Assembly: GCA_965230515.1 (NCBI GenBank)
Contig: OZ246007.1
Location: 3,476,261 to 3,540,260 of the forward strand
Source of the DNA: Pseudomonadales bacterium
Lineage (GTDB): Bacteria > Pseudomonadota > Gammaproteobacteria > Pseudomonadales > IMCC2047
Reading direction: 5' to 3'
DNA length: 64,000 nucleotides
Under the pieces are notes generated by a model. The model made no database searches and was not told where the DNA came from. It was given only the letters and a program-made list of their open reading frames with translations. Positions 10,456 to 20,495 of the stretch are shown here, one piece after another. Made by a program: the position numbers and the translations under genes. The stretch's first letter is position 1. Every line of letters begins with the position of its first letter.

Positions 10456-11486
10456 TGGTGGACGCGGGAATTACCCATCCTTTTTCCAAATTAATTAAAC
10501 AAACTGCTTTTTTGGGGGCACTGCTTTTCGGGGCCCCGGTGTTTGCGGAGTCCTCTTCGGCGCTAGGAGAAAAAGAGGCTGACAATCTGTTGGCCAGAAT
10601 GTCGGAAGCGTTTAGCCGGTTAAATTACGATGGTGTGTTTGTCTACTCGCATGGTGACAATATGGAGACCATGCGAATCGTCCATCGAGTGGATGATGGT
10701 GTCGAAAAAGAGCGAATTGTGCGCATGGATGGTTCCAGGCATGAGTTGATTCGGGACGGAGATAAAGTCACCTGCGTGCACGCCGCAGATTGGCGGGGCA
10801 ATATTAACCACCGTATTCCGGCGGGCCCTTTCGCAAAGGCATTCATACGGGATGTCAGTAACCTTACAGACAAGTATCAATTAACGGATGGCCGCAAAGA
10901 TCGCGTGGTTGGCAGGGATGCGATTAGCTTTGCGATTAAGCCGAAAGACCAATACCGCTACGGTTATCGGATCTGGATCGATCAGCAAACCGGATTGCTG
11001 TTAAAATCAGTGCTGCTGCACCGTGGCAGGGTTTTGGAGCGATTCCAGTTTACTCAGGTTAATTTATCCGAACCTATTCCTGACTCCGAACTACAGCTTG
11101 GTTTGGCGGGCGAGGTGATTACGCATAATCCACTGACGCTCACTGTTCAGGAAACCATAGAGCAGAAAAAGCCAAACTGGAAACTCACCTGGCTGCCGGA
11201 TGGGTTTATTATGCGGGTGCAGGGAATTCGCCGGACCTTTGGCGGTAAACTACAGGCGGATACTTTGACTTTCAGTGATGGTATGACCGCTTTTTCTATT
11301 TTTATCGAGAAAGCATCAGACGATACACATCAGGAAATGGTGACACAGGTAGGGGCTACGGTAGCCGTAGCCCGTGTGCTGAAAAGTGAGTCCGGAAAGC
11401 ATTTTGCGACAGTTGTTGGCGAAGTGCCCATGCAGACAGCAAAAAAACTGGCTGATTCCATCGTACCGGTCAGTGCAGAACCATGA
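10455..11486 (+). CDS. rseB: Sigma-E regulatory protein RseB/MucB
   Basis: ATGA start/stop overlap with rseA, a signal peptide, and MucB/RseB-like blocks (LLARMSEAFSRLNYDGVFVY, YRIWIDQQTGLLLK). Confidence 0.85.
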   Translation: MVDAGITHPFSKLIKQTAFLGALLFGAPVFAESSSALGEKEADNLLARMSEAFSRLNYDGVFVYSHGDNMETMRIVHRVDDGVEKERIVRMDGSRHELIRDGDKVTCVHAADWRGNINHRIPAGPFAKAFIRDVSNLTDKYQLTDGRKDRVVGRDAISFAIKPKDQYRYGYRIWIDQQTGLLLKSVLLHRGRVLERFQFTQVNLSEPIPDSELQLGLAGEVITHNPLTLTVQETIEQKKPNWKLTWLPDGFIMRVQGIRRTFGGKLQADTLTFSDGMTAFSIFIEKASDDTHQEMVTQVGATVAVARVLKSESGKHFATVVGEVPMQTAKKLADSIVPVSAEP

Positions 11487-11935
11487 TCGAGGAGCAGGGT
11501 CGAGTGGTTGCCGTAGATGGGGACCAGGTTTGGGTTGAAACTGTGCAGCAGTCGTCCTGCGGAAGTTGCGCGGCCAGGGCAACCTGTGGTCAGGGCCTGA
11601 TGTCCAAATTTAGTGAGGGCAAACGAAATCATATACGTTTAACCTCAGACCGTCCGGTCAAACTGGGAGATCATGTGGTATTGGGTATCCCTGAAAATAC
11701 CCTGGTTAAATCGGCATTGCTGGCCTATGGCCTGCCCCTGGTGATGTTTGTGTTGGCGGCGGCGTTGGCAGAAAGTTATTTTGCACTGCCTGAAGCAGGT
11801 GTTGTGCTGGTTGGGCTGATTGCACTGGTAACGGGTTTTGCTCTGGTTCGACACGTAGCCGGAGTCAGTAAGCTTGCGCTACAGCCGGTTATTCTCGAGG
11901 TGCTGCCAGGAGCCGCGCCTGTACCGTGCCCATGA
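11483..11935 (+). CDS. rseC: RseC/MucC (SoxR-reducing system component)
   Basis: ATGA overlap with rseB. The N-terminal GRVVAVDGDQVWVE...SSCGSCAARATCG motif is followed by two TM helices. Confidence 0.8.
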   Translation: MIEEQGRVVAVDGDQVWVETVQQSSCGSCAARATCGQGLMSKFSEGKRNHIRLTSDRPVKLGDHVVLGIPENTLVKSALLAYGLPLVMFVLAAALAESYFALPEAGVVLVGLIALVTGFALVRHVAGVSKLALQPVILEVLPGAAPVPCP

Positions 11936-11982
11936 TGTGGCGGCAATTCTGATACAACTGCTGGATTCAGGTGGCTTTGGTT

Positions 11983-12453
11983 TTAAAGCGCCTTAACGGT
12001 TTCCAGTACTTCTTGTACGTGGCCTTTAACTTTTACTTTGCGCCATTCATGCCGAAGAACACCCTGTTCATCTATGATAAAGGTGCTGCGCTCTACACCC
12101 ATGCGCTTTTTACCATACATATTTTTCTCTTTAATGACATCAAACCGGTGGCATAGCTGCTCTTCGGGATCTGAAATCAATTCAAAGGGAAAGCACTGCT
12201 TGGTTTTAAAGTTTTCATGGGACTTCAAGCTGTCTCTGGAGATACCGAAAATCAGAGTGTTTTGCTCCGCGAACTGGTCATGTAAATCACGAAAATTCTG
12301 GCCCTCTGTGGTGCAGCCGGGGGTGCTGTCTTTGGGATAGAAATAGAGTACCAGTTTTTGGCCTTTTAAGTCGGCCAGGCTAAACGTTTTGCCACTGGTG
12401 GCTTCAACAGTAAAATTATCGATGGTATTGCCGACTGTTACTTCTGTCATCAT
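11983..12453 (-). CDS. bcp: Thiol peroxidase Bcp (peroxiredoxin)
   Basis: Peroxiredoxin active site LYFYPKDSTPGCTTE. The start is taken at the internal ATG pair (12448-12453), giving about 156 aa. The longer ORF-track N-terminus overlaps dapA and has no peroxiredoxin features. Confidence 0.9.
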   Translation of the reverse strand: MMTEVTVGNTIDNFTVEATSGKTFSLADLKGQKLVLYFYPKDSTPGCTTEGQNFRDLHDQFAEQNTLIFGISRDSLKSHENFKTKQCFPFELISDPEEQLCHRFDVIKEKNMYGKKRMGVERSTFIIDEQGVLRHEWRKVKVKGHVQEVLETVKAL

Positions 12454-12582
12454 GATACTTCCGGATTTGCTGATAGTTTTGTGCTTGTGGTCAAGCCGCA
12501 GTGAAATTATAACCGGCTTGTCTTGTGATTGTGAGCCCCCGACATTACTATAGCAATTTATTTTTCTCGGCGGAGTATGTGA

Positions 12583-13458
12583 ATGATATCCGGAAGTATT
12601 GTGGCGCTGGTAACCCCCATGGAGATAGATGGCGCCATCGATTGGCCAGCTTTGGATAGACTGGTTGATTTTCATCTGGAAAAAGGGACCAATGCAATTG
12701 TCGCGATGGGAACAACAGGGGAATCGCCCACGTTGCCCGTTGACGAACATGTTGCTGTGATAGAGACCGTTGTTCAGAGAGTAGCCGGACGGATACCCGT
12801 TATCGCCGGCACAGGATCCAATTCGACTTCAGAAGCGGTTGAATGGTCTAAGCATGCCAAGGAAGTGGGGGCAGATGCTTGCCTTTTGGTAACCCCCTAT
12901 TACAACAAGCCCACGCAGGAGGGCATGTATCGGCATTTTAAGATGCTTGCCGACAGCGTGGATATTCCGCAGATACTTTATAACGTGCCGGGTAGGACCA
13001 GCTGTGACCTGTTACCGGATACAGTGGAGCGATTGGCCGCACACCCGAATATCGTGGGTATTAAAGAGGCCACGGGTGATCTGGCTCGAGGTAAAGAGGT
13101 GATTGAGCGTTGTGCCGATCAGTTAACAGTCTATTCCGGCGATGATGCGACGGCGATGGAACTGATGTTGATGGGTGCGAAAGGAGATATATCGGTAACT
13201 GCTAATGTCGTTCCAGATAAAATGGCGGCCATGTGCCAGGCGGCTATAAATGGTGACAGGGAAACCGCTGAGAGAATTAACCAGCAGTTGGACGCCCTGC
13301 ATAGAGATTTGTTTGTCGAGGCAAACCCGATTCCTGTGAAATGGGCGGTTGCTGAGTTAGGACTGATTAAACAGGGGATACGTCTACCCCTCACACCCCT
13401 AAGCGAGAAATATCGGGATCTGGTTCGTCGTGCAATGAAGCAGGCTGAGGTAATTTAG
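12583..13458 (+). CDS. dapA: 4-hydroxy-tetrahydrodipicolinate synthase
   Basis: DapA blocks [34 protein letters not shown] and GIKEATGD. It is followed by bamC, the conserved arrangement. Confidence 0.95.
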   Translation: MISGSIVALVTPMEIDGAIDWPALDRLVDFHLEKGTNAIVAMGTTGESPTLPVDEHVAVIETVVQRVAGRIPVIAGTGSNSTSEAVEWSKHAKEVGADACLLVTPYYNKPTQEGMYRHFKMLADSVDIPQILYNVPGRTSCDLLPDTVERLAAHPNIVGIKEATGDLARGKEVIERCADQLTVYSGDDATAMELMLMGAKGDISVTANVVPDKMAAMCQAAINGDRETAERINQQLDALHRDLFVEANPIPVKWAVAELGLIKQGIRLPLTPLSEKYRDLVRRAMKQAEVI

Positions 13459-13469
13459 AGACTAAAATA

Positions 13470-14561
13470 ATGAAAAAAATAGAGATTAAACCGAAGCAGC
13501 TTACCATTGCCATTGCCGCTGCAGGACTTGTTTTGAGTGCCACTGGTTGCGGCTGGTTAACGGGCGATGAGGGATATTTCAGGGATCGCAAACACGATTA
13601 TCGGGACGCAAAGGTTGAAGAGCCTTTGCAACTGCCTGAGGGTGCTGATGATAGTGCGATAAGGGATTTGTATCCGGTGCCTGGCTGGGAAGGTAGACCA
13701 CAGTTCGAAAATGAATTTTCGGTACCTATGCCTGAGGTGTTTGTTACCAAGAGCCAGGGTGAAATCAGAGCCTTTAGATCGGCCAACCGTTATTGGATTG
13801 TGGTCAACGCGCCCCCGGCAGAGTCCTGGGCACGCGTGCGACGGTTTTGGCAGTTGAACAATATTCAATTGGAGAAAGAGTCCCCCTTTGACGGACTGAT
13901 GGAAACTGTGTGGTTATCACGCGAGAAAGACGGTGTTGCGACGTGGGATAAATTCCGTATTCGCGTTGAGCACGGTATGCATAAAAACTCTGCTGAAGTT
14001 TATATTATGCATTTAGGGTTTCCGAAGCAGGATGAATTGCCAAAGCCGGAACAGGTTGATTGGGATCAGGTTAAAGAGGGTGACGAACTGTCGGTGGCGA
14101 TCATGCAGGAACTTGCCAGCTTTTTGATCGAAACAGAATATGAGGGTGCTCCGGCTTCGTTGTTGGCGCAGAGTTTTTCCGGTGCGCCGAAATCTTCGCT
14201 GGCAACCGATGAGCAGGGCAACCGAGTGCTGATGCTTACGCTCGATTATGATCGGGCCTGGGAGGCTGTGGGCAAAGCCCTGGACGATTCAGAATTGGAA
14301 GTCACGGATAAAGATCGAAGCACCGGTGTTTATTATGTGAACTACTTTCCCGATGCTCAAGAGGGCAAAAAGGGAGGTTTCTTCTCATTTATTCCCTTTG
14401 TCGGAGGTGGTTCTCCATCCAAGGGTAAAGCGCATCAGTACCGGGTGACACTTAAATCCGAGGCGGAAAAAATAGTCGTGGCTGTCGCAGGTGAAGCGGA
14501 GCAGGAAGGTCGGGATCTTTCTGAAGCGGTGTTGGCAGGTATAAGAGACAACCTCATCTAG
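13470..14561 (+). CDS. bamC: Outer-membrane protein assembly factor BamC (NlpB) lipoprotein
   Basis: Signal peptide ending LSATGC (lipobox-like), conserved position after dapA, size about 360 aa. Confidence 0.75.
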   Translation: MKKIEIKPKQLTIAIAAAGLVLSATGCGWLTGDEGYFRDRKHDYRDAKVEEPLQLPEGADDSAIRDLYPVPGWEGRPQFENEFSVPMPEVFVTKSQGEIRAFRSANRYWIVVNAPPAESWARVRRFWQLNNIQLEKESPFDGLMETVWLSREKDGVATWDKFRIRVEHGMHKNSAEVYIMHLGFPKQDELPKPEQVDWDQVKEGDELSVAIMQELASFLIETEYEGAPASLLAQSFSGAPKSSLATDEQGNRVLMLTLDYDRAWEAVGKALDDSELEVTDKDRSTGVYYVNYFPDAQEGKKGGFFSFIPFVGGGSPSKGKAHQYRVTLKSEAEKIVVAVAGEAEQEGRDLSEAVLAGIRDNLI

Positions 14562-14606
14562 GACAAGTTGTTATTGCTGATATTGATTCTTGCTGTGAGC
14601 GACTAA

Positions 14607-15368
14607 GTGCGTTTTGCTTCGTTAGGTAGTGGTAGTCGCGGAAATGCGACGCTTATAGAAAGCGGACAAACCTGTGTGCTGCTCGATTGTGGATTTACGC
14701 TCAAAGAAACCGTTAGACGGCTGGCCCGAATAGGAAAGCAACCGGATCAACTGGATGCTATTTTAGTAACCCATGAGCATAGTGACCATATCAGTGGTGT
14801 TGGCCCGCTGGCCAGAAAATATGGTATACCAGTGTTTATGACCGCGGGTACCTGGCAGCAGGACAGAGTGGGTAAGATAGAACATCTTGAGCAGATTAGC
14901 AGCCACGATAGCTTTGTAATCAAAGGGTTACAGGTTCAGCCGATTCCCGTGCCTCATGATGCACGGGAACCATGCCAGTTTATCCTTGACGACGGCGCAG
15001 ACAAATTGGGGATTTTGACTGATTTAGGAAGCATTACCCCTTTTGTCAGACAGAGCTACACGAATCTTGATGGTCTGTTGCTAGAGTGTAACCATGATTT
15101 GGAAATGTTGGCTCAGGGTCCATATCCCTATCGACTGCAACAGCGTATCAGGGGGGATTACGGACACTTAAACAATCAGCAGGCAGCGCAACTGCTGACT
15201 GAAATTGAAATCGGCAAATTACAGCATCTGGTGATTTCACATATCAGTGAGCAAAATAATTCGCCTGAACATGCTGTAGATGCAGTGGCTGAAGCGATCG
15301 ATGGTAAACCCGACTGGTTAACGATTGCCGACCAGGAGAATGGTTTTGGTTGGCGAGAGTTTAGTTGA
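14607..15368 (+). CDS. MBL-fold metallo-hydrolase (PhnP/YycJ-like)
   Basis: GTG start. N-terminal MRFASLGSGSRGNATLIE...LLDCG and the HEHSDH metal-binding motif. Confidence 0.8.
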   Translation: MRFASLGSGSRGNATLIESGQTCVLLDCGFTLKETVRRLARIGKQPDQLDAILVTHEHSDHISGVGPLARKYGIPVFMTAGTWQQDRVGKIEHLEQISSHDSFVIKGLQVQPIPVPHDAREPCQFILDDGADKLGILTDLGSITPFVRQSYTNLDGLLLECNHDLEMLAQGPYPYRLQQRIRGDYGHLNNQQAAQLLTEIEIGKLQHLVISHISEQNNSPEHAVDAVAEAIDGKPDWLTIADQENGFGWREFS

Positions 15369-15630
15369 CGGAAAAAGTCGATCAAACTCCAAGCGAGTAT
15401 TGCCGAATCAGGCCATTTCACTGATAGACAGTGATTGACCGATGAGAAAAAGGATGAGTGGTACTAGCCTCAAGTCAGGAAACGCAAGCCTTAAACCTTT
15501 GTCATAGAAAACCTTCAACCTACTTACCAATGGCCACTTGAGGACAGGTAGTCGTTAGTATTTCAACTTTAGAATTATTCATTGGCAGAACTGATCTACA
15601 ATTAGCATATAGCCATTACCGGAATGTTCA

Positions 15631-17058
15631 TTGAGTAGCCATCATTTTCTTATACTGGATCAGGGCGGTCATAGCAGTCGCGCGATTGTATTTAATGCTT
15701 GTGGTGAACTGCTGGTACAGACAGCCATCTCCGTTGGAACACAGAAACCCCAGCCGGGATGGGTAGAACAGGATCCTCAACAGGTCGTCGATTCGCTGGT
15801 GCATTCTGCACATCAAGTGCTTGAGGCGTTACCGCTTAAGCAGGCAAACAGCCTGCTCTCGGTCGGATTGGTGACACAAAGGTCCAGCCTGGTTTGCTGG
15901 GATAGCCAGACAGGAGAAGCATTGTATCCGGTCATTAGTTGGCAGGATCGACGTGCAGCCCAATGGCTTGGCGAGCAGAGGCTGGATGAAGATGAGATAC
16001 ATCATCGAACCGGGTTGCGTCTCAACCCACATTTTGGTGCCAGCAAAATACGCTGGTGTCTGGATAATGTTCCCGCAGTACAGCAAGCACTCAGCGAAAA
16101 CCGACTGGTGTGCGGGCCGTTGGCCAGCTTTCTGATTGCCCGTTTAACGGGTAGCAATAAACCGATTGTAGATCCCGCAAATGCGTCTCGCACCTTGCTG
16201 TGGAATACCACCACCCAGTCCTGGGATCGTGATTTGCTTGAGCGCTTTGATATTCCTGTAGAGGTTTTGCCGCAGGTGGTGACGACAGAGTATCCGTTTG
16301 GTGAAATCCGTTTTTCCAGAGAAACACTACCATTGCGGCTGGTTAATGGTGATCAATCTGCGGCGCTGTTTGCGACCGGTGAACTGAGAAGGGATACCGC
16401 CTATGTCAATGCGGGTACCGGTGCTTTTATTGCAGCTCGATGGGCACCCGGAACGGAACTCCCGGGTCAGTTGCTTTGGAGTCTGGTCCATCAGAATGAA
16501 CATGCGCTGACTGTTGTGGAGGGAACCGTTAATGGTGCCGCGACCGCGTTGGATTGGGCTAAAGAGCAGGTGGGCCTCGCAGATTTAGATGAGTTGAATC
16601 AGTGGGCACAGCGAGAACAGAAACTGCCGCTGTTCATTAATGGCATCGCAGGCCTGGGCTCACCCTATTGGTGTGAACTTGAGTCGGAGTTTATTGGGCA
16701 AGGTACGGCACAACAAAAAATGGTGGCCACACTGGAGAGCATTGTTTTTTTATTGCAGGTTAATCTGGAGTTGATGCAGGGACATGGCTTCGTGTTCAGG
16801 CAAATCATGCTAACCGGGGGCTTGTCCCGAATCGACAGTTTTTGTCAGAAGTTGTCTGATCTGAGTGGTTTGAGCGTGGTTCGTCCAGAATTAGTGGAGG
16901 CCAGCGCGCAGGGCGCGGCTTATTGGCTGGCAGGGTGCCCCGAGAATTGGCAATGTTCGTTGGCAGATACCTTTACGCCTGATGGTGGTCCGTTGGTGAT
17001 AAAGACTCGTTATCAACGCTGGTCTAAGGCGCTGAACGTTCGTCTGTCTCAAGGCTGA
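15631..17058 (+). CDS. FGGY-family carbohydrate kinase (glycerol kinase-like)
   Basis: TTG start. FGGY N-terminal pattern LILDQGGHSSRAIVF...GWVEQDPQQV and ISWQDRR. It is adjacent to GlpD-like and GDPD genes. Confidence 0.8.
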   Translation: MSSHHFLILDQGGHSSRAIVFNACGELLVQTAISVGTQKPQPGWVEQDPQQVVDSLVHSAHQVLEALPLKQANSLLSVGLVTQRSSLVCWDSQTGEALYPVISWQDRRAAQWLGEQRLDEDEIHHRTGLRLNPHFGASKIRWCLDNVPAVQQALSENRLVCGPLASFLIARLTGSNKPIVDPANASRTLLWNTTTQSWDRDLLERFDIPVEVLPQVVTTEYPFGEIRFSRETLPLRLVNGDQSAALFATGELRRDTAYVNAGTGAFIAARWAPGTELPGQLLWSLVHQNEHALTVVEGTVNGAATALDWAKEQVGLADLDELNQWAQREQKLPLFINGIAGLGSPYWCELESEFIGQGTAQQKMVATLESIVFLLQVNLELMQGHGFVFRQIMLTGGLSRIDSFCQKLSDLSGLSVVRPELVEASAQGAAYWLAGCPENWQCSLADTFTPDGGPLVIKTRYQRWSKALNVRLSQG

Positions 17059-18262
17059 GATAAAGTTTTCGTGTATGTGCAACTCGAGTTCGCTTGCCAA
17101 GCATTTTATGTAACTGCCGGACTACTTTTTCCGCTGTTGAACGATAACTGGTTAATTTGCCGCCATAGAGGCTAATCACCCGATTATCAACGCTTAAACG
17201 GGTTTCCCGGGAGCGATTGAAGAAACGGCTCGCTGTGCGGGGTAAAACGCGCAAGCCGGCAAAACGTTCAATAACTTCCGGATCGATTTCCGGGAAGTAG
17301 TTATGAACAGTTTCCAGCAGGTAATTTTCCTCCTCGGCGAGCGGCTTAACATTATCAGGCTCTCCTTCAAATAGAGTCTCAGTCGTGCCGACCAGTGTGT
17401 TGCCATACCAGGGTAGGGCAAAAATAGCGCGTTGGCCCCTTGGTGATTCCAGGTAATAGCAGTGAGGTGCCAGCGAGCCGCGCACTAGTATATGGGTGCC
17501 CTGAACCAGGTCAATTTCATGCACTTTGGGTATGGGGGAAATCTGTCGAGCAACATGATTTACCCATGGCCCACCGGCATTGACCAGACAGCGGCATTCA
17601 GATTCGTTTTCCTGATTATTATGATAGTAATGCACGCGGTAGCCGGCAACCGATTGTTCGGCATTGATGAAAGTGGCAGGACAAAGGGTATCTGCGCCCA
17701 ATGATCGGGCTGATTGAATCACCGCACGTGTTAGTAGTTGGTCATCCGTTTGCGCATCCTGATAGCGAAAAACGGTTTTTAGCTGTTTTGTGTTGAGAGG
17801 GGGCAGGGAATCAAACTGTGCACGAGGGAGCCAGTTAAAGCGGCATCCCTGCCGGCCTCCGGCGAGCAGAGTGTAGAGCATCAGACCCATACCGATTTGC
17901 CAGCTAGCGTACCTGGATTTCTGATAAACGGGAATATAGAAGTCGGACCGACTGACCAGTTCCGGTGCATTGCGAATCAAAAGCTCTCGCTCTCGCAGGC
18001 ATTCCCAGACCAGTTGAAACTGGCCGCTTTGCAGATACCGTAAGCCCCCATGGACAAGCTTACTTGACTTGCTGGAAGTGCCTGACGCCCAGTCATGGCG
18101 TTCAAGAATCAGTACTTTATATCCCGCTGCAGCCGCTGCCTGAGCAACTCCCGCGCCGTGTATGCCGCCACCTACAACGACGACGTCAAAGGAACGCACC
18201 GACTGATTCCTGAAAAGTTTTATCGAGAGCGTTTTGCATCTCTGCAAAAGCAAAAGTTTCAA
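17024..18262 (-). CDS. FAD-dependent glycerol-3-phosphate dehydrogenase/oxidase-like protein (short form)
   Basis: FDVVVVGGGIHGAGVA dinucleotide fold plus the GlpD-type block SGTSSKSSKLVHGGLRYL. An alternative GTG start at 18199 would overlap the upstream stop codon and remove the odd 21-aa leader. Confidence 0.8.
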   Translation of the reverse strand: MKLLLLQRCKTLSIKLFRNQSVRSFDVVVVGGGIHGAGVAQAAAAAGYKVLILERHDWASGTSSKSSKLVHGGLRYLQSGQFQLVWECLRERELLIRNAPELVSRSDFYIPVYQKSRYASWQIGMGLMLYTLLAGGRQGCRFNWLPRAQFDSLPPLNTKQLKTVFRYQDAQTDDQLLTRAVIQSARSLGADTLCPATFINAEQSVAGYRVHYYHNNQENESECRCLVNAGGPWVNHVARQISPIPKVHEIDLVQGTHILVRGSLAPHCYYLESPRGQRAIFALPWYGNTLVGTTETLFEGEPDNVKPLAEEENYLLETVHNYFPEIDPEVIERFAGLRVLPRTASRFFNRSRETRLSVDNRVISLYGGKLTSYRSTAEKVVRQLHKMLGKRTRVAHTRKLYLSLETDERSAP

Positions 18263-18947
18263 TCAGATCTACACCGCGCTTATTAAGTTCGATCGCGATC
18301 TTCGGATTGTCAATTTCATAGACCACCAATTGAGAGCCGGCGATCGCTAGGTTAGCGGAGGATGGCAGGCGTGTTTGATTGCAGAATATGTATTGAGGTT
18401 TTAACTGCTTTATATAATCACTTTCGAGTACTTTCCAGCGTTCTATGACTAATCCGATACTCGGCCAGGCAGCATCATTGGCGTAGGCGATAAAATCCTG
18501 TGAAAAACTAATCAGCGTGCACTGGTTTAAAACAGGCATTAATGCCTCGGTAACGCGTTGATAGACCTTCGCGATGCCATGGGCATCGATGGTGCAGCGT
18601 TTGATCTCTATAAACGCATGAACCTGTGGGTGAGCCGCGAGCAGTGTAACCAGATCAGCCAGAGGAGTAATACGTTGGGATATAAACCGGTCGCCAAACC
18701 TGTTCGGCTCGTGGGCCGGTATGTTGATCAGTTCGGCAAATGGTCGTTCATGAATGGCACCTTTTTCACCGCTGATTTTTTTCATATTGCGATCGTGATA
18801 CAGCACCGGTACAAGGTCAGCGCTTAACTGAATATCGGTTTCTACATAACGGGCACCCGCCTGTATCGCCTCGGCCAGGCTTAACAACGTATTTTCCGGA
18901 TACCGCTTTTGGTAGCCGCGATGGGCTACGAGACTAATAGGGTTCAT
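18186..18947 (-). CDS. Glycerophosphodiester phosphodiesterase (GDPD family)
   Basis: VAHRGYQKRYPENTLLSLAEAIQAGARYVETDIQLSADLVPVLYHD is the canonical GDPD N-terminal catalytic block. Confidence 0.85.
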   Translation of the reverse strand: MNPISLVAHRGYQKRYPENTLLSLAEAIQAGARYVETDIQLSADLVPVLYHDRNMKKISGEKGAIHERPFAELINIPAHEPNRFGDRFISQRITPLADLVTLLAAHPQVHAFIEIKRCTIDAHGIAKVYQRVTEALMPVLNQCTLISFSQDFIAYANDAAWPSIGLVIERWKVLESDYIKQLKPQYIFCNQTRLPSSANLAIAGSQLVVYEIDNPKIAIELNKRGVDLIETFAFAEMQNALDKTFQESVGAFL

Positions 18948-19084
18948 AGACTGTTCCTGTAGCCTACAGTATGGTGCATAATTAGGAGCTTTTCCAAATT
19001 CTCTGGTCGCGGGCCGGCAATTTGCTTTTTGTATAGAGCTGGTTGGTCCCGCGGTGATTAATCAATTGAGTAAGTACAAACAAA

Positions 19085-19972
19085 ATGATGCCCGAATACA
19101 TTGAGCCGTTATTTCGCCCGCCGAGCGAGGCAAGATCACTGATTCTTCAGGTCACCAATGGCTGTTCCTGGAATAACTGTACTTTCTGTGAAATGTACAC
19201 CGCGCCGCAAAAACGCTTTCGACCAAAACCACAGGCTCAAATTGAGCAGGAACTGCAGTCTATAGCCCGGTCCGGGCAGTCAGTGCGCCGTATTTTTTTG
19301 GCAGATGGTGATGCCATGACCCTGTCATTCAGGCGGCTGCAGGCGATTCTCGAAGCTATAAAAAACTACCTCCCTGACGTGCAGCGCATCTCGTCCTACT
19401 GTTTGCCGCGTAATGTGAAAAACAAAACGGTCGAGGAGCTACAGGAGTTGAGAAAGCTCGGGCTCAGTCTGATGTACGTGGGTTGTGAAACCGGTGATGA
19501 TTTGATGCTGGAAAAGATCAGCAAAGGCGAGACCTACCAATCTTCCCTGGATGCCTTGCTAAAAACGCAACAGGCGGGCATGAAAAGATCGGTAATGATC
19601 CTGAACGGACTTGGAGGTAAAAAATACAGTGAGCAGCACGCCATTAATTCCGCAAGCCTGATGAGCGCTGCCCAGCCGGAATACCTATCGACATTGGTGG
19701 TGTCGTTTCACAATGGCATGGAGCGTTATCAGGCCGGCTTTGCCGGAGAGTTTGAGCCGCTCGACCAATTGGGATTGGCGAGAGAGATGGAGATGCTGCT
19801 GGTTAATCTGGAGCTGGAAAAAACAATTTTTCGCAGTGATCATGCCTCCAATTACCTGGTGCTTAAGGGAACTTTGAATCAGGATAAGGAGCGTTTGCTG
19901 AAAATGGTTCGTTTGGCGCTTGAACAACCGGGTGCAGTGCCGTTACGTCAGGAGTGGCAGCGCAGGTTGTAG
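19085..19972 (+). CDS. Radical SAM domain protein, function unknown
   Basis: Cys triad in NGCSWNNCTFCEMY followed by a TIM-barrel-like pattern (IFLADGDAM, YVGCETGDD). The spacing read from the DNA (19163-19189) is CX4CX2C. Confidence 0.8.
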   Translation: MMPEYIEPLFRPPSEARSLILQVTNGCSWNNCTFCEMYTAPQKRFRPKPQAQIEQELQSIARSGQSVRRIFLADGDAMTLSFRRLQAILEAIKNYLPDVQRISSYCLPRNVKNKTVEELQELRKLGLSLMYVGCETGDDLMLEKISKGETYQSSLDALLKTQQAGMKRSVMILNGLGGKKYSEQHAINSASLMSAAQPEYLSTLVVSFHNGMERYQAGFAGEFEPLDQLGLAREMEMLLVNLELEKTIFRSDHASNYLVLKGTLNQDKERLLKMVRLALEQPGAVPLRQEWQRRL

Positions 19973-20030
19973 TAAATTCAGAATAATGAAATCGCAATCA
20001 AGGCAGGTTTTGAGGTGGATGAACCATATT

Positions 20031-20303
20031 ATGCGTAATGTACTGTTAGCATTGATTTTTATTGCGCCGTTTAGTTGGGGGGCAGTTTACAAGTGGCAGG
20101 ATGCCGATGGTATCACCCACTATTCGAACCAGCCATACGAAGGGGCGAGTGAGCTATCCTTGTTACCAAGTGAAGCCTTTAGTATTCCGTCAGTCTCGAA
20201 AAAAAGTGCTGGCATGCAATCCCAACAACAGCGCGCCGAGAGAAAAAAACTAAAGCGGCTGAGGGAGTCGGGCAAAAGAAAGCGAAAGGACAAAAAAGAC
20301 TAG
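20031..20303 (+). CDS. DUF4124-like small secreted protein with polybasic tail
   Basis: Signal peptide MRNVLLALIFIAPFSWG followed by the DUF4124-type block VYKWQDADGITHYSNQP. The C-terminal Lys/Arg run is KKLKRLRESGKRKRKDKKD. Alternative in-frame ATGs lie at 19986 and 20019. Confidence 0.6.
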   Translation: MRNVLLALIFIAPFSWGAVYKWQDADGITHYSNQPYEGASELSLLPSEAFSIPSVSKKSAGMQSQQQRAERKKLKRLRESGKRKRKDKKD

Positions 20304-20495
20304 CCCGAAATGGCCTTTGAAACATGGAATCAAAGATGACGGGCGCTCTCTTAAACCCACAGAAAATAGCCGGCTCTCCTTTGTATAGATTCTGAACAGG
20401 TATCACAGCAATAATGGGTGATCCCAACGACAGGGTGCGTAATGCACAGCATCCGCGATCATTAATGGGAAAATCGATGCCCATAAAGGCTTGAA

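Noticed and set aside
12454-12750. A 99-aa N-terminal extension of the bcp ORF (ORF track 11983..12750) that overlaps the dapA start on the opposite strand.
   Set aside because: Peroxiredoxin homology begins only at the internal MMTEV start. The extension is Cys/His/Gln-rich with no features, and it would erase the divergent bcp/dapA promoter region.
18957-18969. A 13-nt perfect palindrome CTGTAGCCTACAG, 10 nt upstream of the GDPD start.
   Set aside because: It is too short to distinguish an operator or 5-prime UTR hairpin from chance. There is no second copy in the window, for example upstream of the kinase.
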